Assembly: GCA_964187785.1 (NCBI GenBank)
Contig: OZ076409.1
Coordinates: 87,546,001 to 87,610,000, forward strand
Reading direction: 5' to 3'
DNA length: 64,000 nucleotides
Source: Amphiscolops sp. MND2022
Lineage: Eukaryota
Part shown: positions 1 to 10,800 of the stretch, one piece after another
Layout: each line of letters starts with the position of its first letter
Numbering within the stretch: the first letter of the stretch is position 1
The notes under the pieces: generated by a model
Told to the model about the DNA's origin: nothing
What the model saw: only the letters and a program-made list of their open reading frames with translations
The model's database searches: none
Position numbers and translations under genes: made by a program

Positions 1-18
1 GCAGTGATTGAAATTCAT

Positions 19-398
19 TTAGAAGTCAATGAATTCATCTTCGTAAGTGTTTGCCGCGGTTTCTGTTTTTATGTCCTTGCTTCCATAATCGCCATAGTAA
101 TGCGTGTCATCAGTTGAACCTATTTTGGGTACCCAAGGCGGTGGAATTTTTTGTTCATACATGGCACGCCAGTTGACATCATTGAAGAAAGCCTGCTGTT
201 TGATTTCTGAAGCACCTTTGGAACTGCACAAACGAGATTTCACATCGATTGTGAACAGTTGAGCCACAGCTGCCTGTAGTTCCAGTGAGAAATTTGATGT
301 GAATGAGAAGTTCGCATCCAAAATGTTCTGATAAGTACGCTGTCTTGATTCTGCTGCGAAGGGCCCCGTTCCATTCACCAGTTCGAATAACAGAACAC
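19..398 (-). CDS. PKA catalytic subunit-like kinase, exon 4 (terminal)
   Basis: Acceptor TTCAG|GT gives GVLLFELVNGTGPF. AGC tail PPWVP...DTHYYGDY...FIDF* (terminal FxxF typical of PKA). Spliced CDS 322+348+138+380=1188 nt, 395 aa, in frame. Confidence 0.93.
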
Positions 399-701
399 CT
401 GAAGCAATTTATCATCCTTGAAGTAATGACTACTTTTGATAAAATCATTGTTTTTTGAAAACTTCAGATGACAACCGGAGTTCTTTTCTCACAATTTGAG
501 AACATTAAAATTAAGAATCAGATGTGAACATTTTCAAGCCTACTACAGTAATTAGGAAATTGATTGAATCGTTTTACCAAAAGTATTAAGGACAGCAACG
601 TGAATAGGACTAGCTGTAGTTTTCGGTCTTAAATTCCACGATCAGCAGCTTTGATGGAAAAATGATGAGCCCTATTGGACATGTAGCATGAACTAACTTA
701 C

Positions 702-839
702 CGAATGCCCACCAATCGGCTGGCTTGCCATGACTTTTGCCCTTGACAATCAATTCTGGTGCTAGGTACTCCGGAGTCCCACATAGGGTATTCGTTGTTT
801 CCCTGCCATTCAAATGTTTCGCGAAGCCAAAGTCGGTCA
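702..839 (-). CDS. PKA catalytic subunit-like kinase, exon 3
   Basis: Acceptor TTTTCAG|TG restores [11 protein letters not shown]. Encodes [12 protein letters not shown] and DWWAFG; donor G|GTAAGT. Confidence 0.95.
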
Positions 840-1185
840 CTGAAAATAACCAAACTTCAAAACAAGATAAGGCGTCAGATCAATTTGAATGCATGGTTGT
901 GAAACACTTAACTCCAATATGAAATGTTTTCATTTGTCCACAATCCATTTATGCAACGGTTTCCTTGAAGTTTTTTGCATAAGTTCATTTTGTGACTCGC
1001 TTTGTCGAAATATTTTTGTCGCTTCTAATGCCCAGGGGATACCATGAGCTTCAGAAGTTTCTGAAAGTTTAAGTTGATGTCTAGCTCTGTATATTTTCGC
1101 AAGGGACGTTTATCGAGCAGTCGCTCTGAAAGATTTTTAAACTTAGAAGTTGGAAATTCACGTAAATTTCGATGAAGCCCCTGAC

Positions 1186-1533
1186 CTTTAATGTATCCAT
1201 TGGCACTTATGAGAATGTTTTCAGGCTTGATGTCCCTGTAAATGATATCAAGATTGTGAAGATATTCGAGGAAGAGCACCATCTGAGCTCCGTAGAATTT
1301 GACTTGTTTTTCGGGCAGTTTGCCCAATCGATGAACGTAGGAGAACAGTTCGCCTCCGGGGATGAATTTGAGCACCAAGTACACGTTGAGATTGTCTTTG
1401 AAGGATGAAACCAGCTCCACGATTAGGGGGAAGCTCACCCATTCTAGCAAATTGCGTTCTCTGGTCGCGTTGTGATGTTGGTTTGCACGAACAAGATCTG
1501 CCTTGTTCATAACTTTCAATGCGCAGTGCATTC
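1186..1533 (-). CDS. PKA catalytic subunit-like kinase, exon 2
   Basis: Acceptor TTTCAG|GA (phase 1). Encodes ALK, GGELFS and YRDIKPEN; donor AAAG|GTCAG. Confidence 0.93.
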
Positions 1534-1793
1534 CTGAAACGATGGTATGGGAATTTAGCACAGCGGCCTCTTAATTCGGTATTTGAAAAGTCGTGACGCC
1601 AAAACTTCAAAATAGTTCCAACCCCATTTAACTTTTTTAAAACTAAAAACCGATTCGATTTTAAGCTGAATCGGTTCAACCAATTTTTGGACAATAAACA
1701 AATTCGAACGATTATTTTAACTCGAAGTTCCTGGAAACTTCCAAATTTATCAAGGAGGGTTAATTTGACATTGAAGGATGTAAGAAATATTCA

Positions 1794-1976
1794 AACAAGC
1801 CGGGAACGGCCCAAGTCGGCGCCATATCTAAGGCTCAACAAATTGTGAAATTTTTGGGGAAAATCAAAAAAATGGGGAAAATGAAAACGTTATATCCGAA
1901 CTTTGAAAACGTTACATCCGAACTTTGAAACGTTATATCCGAACTGTTCCTTAAGGGAAAAGGCGCCGACTAAAAA
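1794..1976. mobile_element. Short copy of Helentron/DINE-like non-autonomous repeat in kinase intron 1
   Basis: Starts AACAAG...AGTCGGCGCCATATCTAAGGCTC and ends GGCGCCGACTAAAAA; internal ~22-bp tandem repeat x3. Confidence 0.65.
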
Positions 1977-3706
1977 TGACGTTTTAACACCGAAGTGAGT
2001 GAAGTAAATTTGAGTCTAATTTGACCTGATCAGTTAATAATCCAAACAGCTTAACCACTTCAAAAATTTCGGTTCAACTCGGCTAAAGACAAATTATTTC
2101 AGTCGTTTTCCTGACGTTTTTCTTCCGACCTTTCAATGAAAATTTCAAATTACTAAAAAGCTCCTAAAATTTCTATAAAATTTTGCACATTCTACATCCA
2201 AAGATGCTCCTGTGTGTGCAATGTCATCAAAATCGTATGACTGGGATGTAAGAAACATAGCCAAAATTAGCCCAAAACGACCCAAAATCAGCCATTTTTG
2301 GACTTTTTTCATTTTTCTCAAAGACTGTCCATACGATTCGAACGAAAATTTCTTTAGTCATTCTACACCATCGGGTCTTATATGTGCATCTTTATCAAAA
2401 TCGTATGGCTGGCATTCGAGCGAGTCAGAAGGAAAAAGACCTAGCCCGACTCCTTTACCGCATATGCAGCTCTGGCTTGAGTTCTCCCCTCATTTTATTC
2501 CGTTGGTCCTGGTGGACTTATAAAATAACTTTCAGAGCGATTCAATTGAAATCAAGATTTCAGATTTTTGTTTTTCTTTGATCAAAAGTTGCGGAAATGT
2601 CATTTAGAAACGTTTTTAAAGATTTTTTTCCAATTTGCTCCTCGCGATTTTCAAATGAAGATCAATTGAATGTGTGGATTGGATCAAGTGAACCAGTTCT
2701 GCAAATTTTAGTATCTTTTTTGATTTGCTAATAAAGTGCTGTTCGAACAAAGTTAGATTTTAGCAAGGAAACTAACTAGCTCCGAATTTTTTTCTTTCAA
2801 ACATGAAATTTGATAAACAGTGATGTTCCGTTCAAAACTGCGTTACGTCCGAAATGTTGTTTCACCCGAATGTTGAAAATTGTTCATCCGAAGCGTCTTC
2901 GGTCGTGCCAGAAACAGTATGGGGTTTGTGTCCAACCAGTTTTCAACCGCTTCATCGTTTCAAACGAAACCACGATGATACCGTCTTCAGTTGTGTCCAC
3001 TTCGACGAAATATTGTTTCCTTTTCAAGCAATTCAAATCTTGCTACGAATGAGGTAGAGTTCCAGATAAACCGTTTTCAGACTTCTGTATTCTTCCATTT
3101 TGAACTTGAAGACAAGCAAGATACGGGAGAGGCATCTTGTCGAAGAAAAGTAACGAAAGTTTCATTGGCTTAGACTCACATTCTTGAATTGGGTTGAAAG
3201 GTTTCTCAGAACGGGTGTTTCGACAATTATTATTTCTGCGATAGCAAGAATAATAAACTGGATAGGGAAATCTTTCAGCCGAGTTTGTTAACCGAGTGCC
3301 TACTGAAAAAAATTCAGATATTTAGTTTGCCAGTGAATTTCATATTTTTGAAGCTGCCGATGACAGTTCAGGTACGATGAAACGAGCGAGTGTTAATTAT
3401 GCAATCGTGCGTCAAATTCATGAAGATGAAGCGAATGAGTGTTATTGTTCATTCAAATGCGAATCTGAAACCTGGTATACGCTTAGTAGTTATATTTTAT
3501 TTAGTCCCAGAAGTGTTAAAAGCTGTGTAAACGGGCACAGTGAAGAATTGTGCGGTAATGTGCTGTAATGATTGGAGAGGAGTGTATAGTTATCCCAGAT
3601 ATGCTTCTATTATTGAACATGAAGCCTGAAGCAGAAATAATACTGTGCCCCGCAGGGGTCTATTTTTGTTAAATTCTGTTATGTAACTACAACTTGGAAC
3701 ATGCTG

Positions 3707-4030
3707 GAACCGGCCCAAGTCGGCGCCATATCTAAGGCTCAAAAATAGCAAAAGGACTTCAAAGTGTCAAAGTATTGGTGAGTTGGGACCTTTTTGTGAA
3801 AAAGTTTTTTGAGAAAATAAACTCACTATGCCGAAAAAAACTGAAATGGAGCACTTTTTAGTCTTACCAGGAATTCTAGGTTACGCGGAAAAAAGGAAAA
3901 ACCTTGTTGGTTCAGTTCGTTGGGCCAACGGGTAAAATTTAAAATTTTGTAGAACTTTGGTAGAACTATTTTGGTCACTTCAAGTGTATGGAAAAAAACT
4001 GATGAAAAGCCTTGACTATAGTCGAATCTT
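3707..4030. mobile_element. Copy of the same Helentron/DINE-like repeat
   Basis: AAGTCGGCGCCATATCTAAGGCTCAAAA ... TAGTCG..AAAAGCGCCGACTAAAA. Confidence 0.65.
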
Positions 4031-5505
4031 AAGAAAAGCGCCGACTAAAATGACAAAGCTTTTGGTGACATGGTGGCGCCAACAGCAGGAGTGTAAACAA
4101 ATTAGAGCCTTTTCAGTCGATCGGCATCGCCGAATGCTGTGAAATCAGCTGAGCATCAAAATTTTCCTAAGATAAATGAGATTTTTTTCTGTATAGCTCT
4201 AGTACTGTTGCTGTTACGATTTAGGGGTGATACGTTTCGTAACTGGACGTCGTATGACCCGTGCCCCCGTGTACGCTCCTACCAAATGGTGTGAGTTTTG
4301 GAAAACAATGGTTATTTTAAAAACTTTTTCTGAAACTCAGTGTGGACTGCTCTCTGCTGAAGAATTCAAAATCTCAGTGATTGCTAAAGAGTGTCTGTCA
4401 AAATCCAAATGTCTTCAGTAGTTATAATTCGATGGTCAAAGGGCTCGCCTTATAACGATTGATGTTGAAGATCAGTTTCTACATCCAAGTTTCTACGTCA
4501 CGCGCTTTTTTAATCTCGGGGGCGTTTATACGGAAAACCCAAAATTTAGAGTTCCAAACCATATTCAAAATCAACCGTTTGTGCTCAGAAAACACTTTAC
4601 TACTGAAAATATCAGAGAAAAATTAAATTAGTAAAAAGTTTTTCCTGGTAAAAATTGCAAAGTGCCAAAAACCTGAAAGGGGCGCTTTAATCTCTCTAAC
4701 TGAAACCATGGAAGCAATCGAACTGAGAGACTCTTTGGTGGGAATTTAAAAATTGTGAAAAAAGCACAGTGTCGAAAAACCCGAGGGGGGCCCTACGGTT
4801 TCATCTAGTTTCGAGGATACGGTAAAACCATGGAATACTCAAACGGAGTATGATTTGGTCCCTTTGGGTACACTTTAATTCTTAAGCGTTAATTCTGTAG
4901 AAAGTGGCCCTTTCAGCGTGGACTCTGAAGAAAATTAACTTTATCACCGTAATAGTTCACCATTTCTTATAAAATATGCCGAATAAAAAATGAGCTATAT
5001 ACAAATCAATGATTTTTCAGAATTAGTTCTTGCCAAAAATAAGACGACAGAAATCCTCATTATTCAAAGTTAACTTCAAACTCTATGCATAAATGAATGA
5101 ACTAGTCCTCAGATCTGCTGAGAAGTTGATCGATCTGTTGGGATTATTTTGTTGCTTTCCTTCAAACATTTGAGGGTTTTCAAGTTTCCTATTTCATCTT
5201 ATAGACGTCTTATAATAGTATAATATGGTCATGTTTGAAACATCAAGTTCCTAGTGCAATATTATTGAAGTAGTTTTCCATAAATTTTCCAGTTCAACTT
5301 TAATTTTAAGTTGTACGCAATATTTGCCGCAATATCATGCCTTAATTGTACCAGAAGCAACCGTGGATTTTAAGTTAGCGCATTTATTCATTCTGTCGGT
5401 TAAACAGCCTGGCGTTTAATTTTGTTCTGTTTCCATCTGGAACTTAGCTATCAGAAATGAAGCAGTTTCTTCCTTGTGAACAATATGTAATTTGGAAACG
5501 CTAAC

Positions 5506-5827
5506 CTGTCTGATTGTGTTTGACAAGGAAAACGTTGCCAAAAGATCCAGTCCCAATTACCCGCTTGGTGGAGAACTCAGTAAGATGACATCTCCGCCGC
5601 ATCGTGGCTCTCCTTTTGGCATGGAATCGTTCAATGCATTGTTTTTCGTAATTTTTCCCATAAATAGGGAAGTCCGATTTGGAGACATTGTTATCGTCCG
5701 AGGCAACTTTGACGGTCTGAACACTAGCAGATGATAAACGCTTGTTATTGATCCGGTCTTGGAGGGGCTCAACGCTTTTGCTTCTCTGCCCGGAAGCATG
5801 AAAACGTTTCGAACTGAAATTTCCCAT
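5506..5827 (-). CDS. PKA catalytic subunit-like (AGC) kinase, exon 1
   Basis: ATG at 5827 gives MGNFSS (Gly2 myristoylation-type start, as in PKA-C). Ends with Gly-loop IGTGSFGNVFLVKH; donor ACAG|GTTAG, phase 1. Confidence 0.88.
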
Positions 5828-7530
5828 GAATGTTTTTCTATAGATTATAATTAGCATTGGAAAATGATACGCTGTTTTGTTCAATATATTGACTGAGAGT
5901 GCTGACCAAAATGGAAAGATTAGCAAGTGTTGGTGCCGAAATAAAAACTGTTAAAGCTGAATCAGGGAGCATGATGAAATTGTGCTTGTGATATATAACT
6001 GGATAAATTCAACCGCTTGCAAAATAGATCTGGAGGCAGGGAATTAGGGCGAATTGTATCTAGCGGTCAATTTGAAGTCGGGAACCTTAAACAGAATACA
6101 GGCATACAGACCCATTAGCAAGAGATATGATAAAAGAATGTTTAAAACTCTGACACAATATGTAGTAATCGTCCAATATGTAGTATAATCGTGGCATATC
6201 ATTATAATATCGGCAATACCTAGGATTAGTTATTAGACTACAGTAGTACGGGACAAATGTAATTTGCAGCGGTTGCTTTGCGATTGTCACAAAAAGCAAA
6301 ACAGTTCTGACACAGTTTGGGATAGCAGTATAGCCGAACATGTGTTTGCTTAGGCTACAGACGTTAATTTCCACATGGAATCGCCATTTTGGCAGACATG
6401 TGGATTTTGTTTCTAAGTTTATCTTTTATTTTATTAACTAAAGTTCGGCTGCTTCAGCGCGCTTTGCCTTCCAGGCTAGCCCAGCGTGCACTCAAGTGAC
6501 GCCTAAATCGCACTTTTGGTACTGCCGATTCAAACGAACGACCTTTACCTCAACAGAACAGGGGTTATACATCGTGGTGTTTATGAATTTCCTTTAAACC
6601 TGTCTAACTGTCCAGAACTAACCAATGCCTTTGTTCTGTAGAACTACAGCCAGTAACACTGAACTCTATTGTTGCTGGAGCTTTACGTCCTCGGTGCGTG
6701 AATAGCTTATTGCCAGTAATTTTACCCGCGTGAATTCCAGTCATTCCCGAAGTTCCAAGAAACTGCGCCATTGCGTCGATCAGTCAGCTTATCAAGAACT
6801 AGTTTTAAACTTGCAGCCATTGAAAACGGATCCGTGTGTCCTTGTGTTTATAAACGCATTATATTGTACTAGTAAAAGATATTTATAGCGACCATCAAAT
6901 CCGCGCCAAATTCGACACGTCGTTAATTGATAATTTGAGACCTCGCCAGTTTAGCTCTTTTCAGGCTTACTTCTGATTATTTTATAGGTAGATTCTGTGA
7001 TAAAACTCCAGCTCATAAAATAGTTCGAAAGATTCCTCATATGGAGCAAAGGATTCACCAGCATTGGGCCAAGTTGCTAAACTGACTAAACAAATACTAT
7101 GTCTACAGATAATGAAAATCAAACGAAACGATTTTTTTATCCATAAAACATTCAAAATCAATAAAATTGAACGCAAATCCGGAAGAAATTCCGTAAATTA
7201 TTGAATAAAAAAGCGTGGTTCTTTGAAGCTCGTCGAACTTTTGCTTTGGTTTGGTGTTTGATTTTTTAAATATTAATCAGTAAGCGAGGAACGACGAACA
7301 TCTAACCCGAATAAACAAACTCGTGGCTCAATGTCTATTTTTCCCGCCAACACTCTGCTCGAACCCAGAATTTTTATCTCAGGGTTCTTTCGTTTTTATC
7401 TAGCTTTAAATACAGTTCAGTCAACAATAGAAGTTCAAAGTTCGTACCATAACTTCAGTTCCAAAAATTGCTGAATTTCAAGTTAATCGACATTTTGAAA
7501 CTCAAAGCAGCTAAATCACATTTTTGCATG

Positions 7531-7727
7531 TGAAGTAACTTGGAGAAACAAGAGGATAAATACAGTGAATTAAAAAGCAAGAGTGTAAGTATCAAAGCCA
7601 ATCTAAATTGTGTCTGATATCTCAGTGAGTTTCTATATACGCATTAACATTACATGACATCATAAAAGTGGCAGGTAGTTCAATGTTCATTTTAACTGTA
7701 TTGTTCATTTTGCCATTTCATGCCACA
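7531..7727 (-). repeat. 3' LTR, family A copy 1
   Basis: Direct repeat of 13267-13463; no differences seen by eye. Confidence 0.95.
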
Positions 7728-7740
7728 TTCCCCTTCTTCC
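7728..7740 (-). promoter_or_regulatory. Polypurine tract
   Basis: GGAAGAAGGGGAA on the minus strand immediately before the 3' LTR. Confidence 0.9.
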
Positions 7741-7858
7741 GGGACCTTCTAAGGGAACCACTGTTGCCGTGGAATGTCTTTCTTGATCCGTGGAAATGGA
7801 GTGAACGGGAATCGAGCTGGAGTGGTGAAAGTGTAGGCGTCTCCTAAACGTAAAAGAT

Positions 7859-10800
7859 TTAAAAAGATTCTACCCCACCTAGTTTCACTACTCTTCGTGC
7901 TGATTTTATTCTTTCGGATCTACGCGGTTCAGGTTCTGATTTTATTTGATTTTTTCTAAAGTAAGAGTTTTGTTCCGCCCTAATTTTACCTGTTATCCCG
8001 TCTCCTGGTTCGGCGATTTCGATTCCGGTATCAAGCGTTGTTTGGCAATGTATCGGTGTGCCCTGAACGTCCGGTTGTGGTGGAGTGCTGGCCCGTCCGG
8101 TGCTACATCCGACTTGTGTTGTGGGTGCCGGTGTCTGTTCCCGCAATCTTTCAATTTCTCGTCCGATCTCGGCTCTGAGGTCCGTCTCCTCCGGATCTTC
8201 TTCTTCTCTGTCGGAGTTGGGGTTATCTTCTCCCGAGCTGGGGTCGGCGGTGTTGGATTCTTTGCTGGATGAATCGTAAGTGATTATCCGCTTGTACTTC
8301 TTCTTTGCGGGCATTGTCGGGAAGTTGCGGCTGGTGCTAGGTCCTTCCTCGGCGTCATTGTTATTGCTGTCTAATTGTCGGTGTGCTTCGCAGTATTTGT
8401 CGCTGCTGAATTTTCCGCACCTTTTGCAGCGGGTAATGGCCTTCTTCGGTTCGTCTGGTTTCCTTTGGGTCTGAAATTTTAAAGGTTTAGAGGCGAGTTT
8501 TTTGTGTATTATCCTCCCATCGGAGGTGGTGACAGTATGATCGGTTTCTTTTGTTGCCGTTAAAATTTTATCTGTTTTAAAACCACATTTCATTGAATTG
8601 GGTCTGTTTTCTTTTTCTAAAAACTGATATTTTTTGAATTTTCGGCTTACCGAACGGCTTCTTTTTCGAGTATCGTTGAGCACCAGGTAGTCGGCCATTT
8701 CCCCTTCAGCATCGTTGATGGTGACTACTTGTAACTCCGTTGGTTGTGCTAAAATGTAATTGGTTAGCGTTTTCTTCCAATTGGATAGCAGACATTCAGG
8801 TTTACCGATTATGTTGATAAGTGCAGTTCGTGGTTTTCTGCCTAAGTGCATTTGAAAAGGCGTCATGTTTAGTCTACTGTGTGGAGTTTGTCTGATTGTT
8901 TTGATTGCTAATTGGATGCTGTCTTCAAATTTTAATCCATCGGCCATATTCGCTCTAGTTAATGACTTAATTGTCCGTATCATACGCTCGACTAGACCCG
9001 TGCCGGTATGTAAGTTCGGAGTGCATCTTATACGTTTTATGTTTTCATCCGTACGAACTTTTTTGAATTCGCTGCTTTTAAAGCAGCTGCCGTTATCGGT
9101 TCTAATGCACTGTGGTGTCCCGTTGTTTGTGAAATATTCGGTTAAAAATTTTAAAACGGTCCGAGTATCCGCACTTTTACATACTTGTGCGGTGGGCCAT
9201 TTGCTAAAACGGTCTACTGCTACTAAAATGTAAACGTCACCGCGTGATTTTGATTTAATTGGACCGGCGAAATCCAATTGAATCTCCTGATTCGGTTCGG
9301 TTGAAATTTCTAAATTATTTTTTTCCGTTGACGGAATTTGTGTAATGATGTTCTTACCTGCAGCTCTACAGCTCGGGCATGTTTCCGCTTTTTCGTGTAC
9401 ATCTCGGTTCAGGCCGGGCCACCAGAAGGCTTCTGCGAGTTGTTCCATTTTGTTTTTGGAGACATGGCCGTGATGTAGCATAGCAATGATTGTCGACCGC
9501 ATGTTTTCCAGTATGACTATTTTGTCGTTGTAAAATAGCAGTCCGAATCTGGTTGATAGATGTAGACGGTGATGGCGGTATGGATAGAATATGCTCTCCA
9601 AATGTTGCAGTTCAATTGCTGCAATTGTATTTAGGATTTTGATATCGCGTGCTGTCTCCTCCACCAGTAGGGGCAGGTCCAATGCAAAATCCTTCTCTGC
9701 TTTCTTTAGTACTTCGGCGGTCTTCTCATTTTGTTCCGGCTCTAGCGTGTTCAGTTTGGCCGTCTGCTTCAGTCTAATGAGATTGACTGTTTCGTGTTTC
9801 TTGAACCGTCTCAATGCGTTGGTGGGGCATTTGTCTTGTTTTGTCCGGCTCGTCTGGCTTTCTCCATCTGATTGATGGCTGTTGGTCCGGGATTCATTGT
9901 TGTTCTGTTGAAATTCTTGTAAAGGGGTCGTGTTTAATGTTTCGCAATAGTGGAAGAAACGGTTATAAATATCAATGTTTAATTCCGCAATTCGTTTTCG
10001 CCCCGCTTGATTGGGCCTATATTCCTGAATTCTTTCACTTTCTTTGCCCTTCCCCACTATTCGAGTTTTGTCCGGTTTCAGGATATGGTTTCTTTCGATC
10101 CATAAACGCTTCGTTTCTGGTGAATGGCCTCTCTTTTTGAATATAAAATCCATATCAATTCCGTTGACCTTGTCCATTTTATTGCTTGACGACGGTAAAG
10201 TTTTGAATGAGTTTGGAATGCTGCTGTTTGGTAACGGTGAGGCTTTAAGCAAGTGAGTATTTTGGTTCCGTTCGCGTGTGTTAGAGCCGCGTTGTGATTG
10301 GTTGAATTTTTCTGTCGTGTCGTTTCGTTCAGTGAATCGTTTTATGCTGTCGCGTTTTTGGTTGAATTCTAATAAGCCGTATATTTGATTAATGACGAAC
10401 TCTTCTTCGGCTTCCGCTTCGGTTAATCCGTCCGCTTTGTTTTCTAGCTCGGCGATCTCGGATGGTATAATCGGATGACGGCTCAAATAGTCCGTCAGCG
10501 GAATGTTTTTACCGGCCGTGTATTGAACATTGACATCGAAATGGCTCAATCTATCCAGCCAACGTGTTAATCGTGCGCTGTATTGCTCATGAGCTCGGTT
10601 CTTTTTCAATAGCGGTTGTAACGCCTGGTGATCTGTTAACAAATTTACTCTTTTTCCATATACAAAATACCTGAAGTATTCTAAACCCCACAGAGCCCCT
10701 AGTAATTCTAGTTCATTAATTGCGTATTTCTTTTCACAATCAGTTAAAAATCTACTTGCGAATGCTACGGGTCTAAAAGTTTCACCTTCTTTCTGCCATA

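Noticed and set aside
1025..1185. C-terminal extension of kinase ORF 1025-1561
   Set aside because: Read-through into the intron; splicing at 1186 restores the canonical YIKVTDFG.
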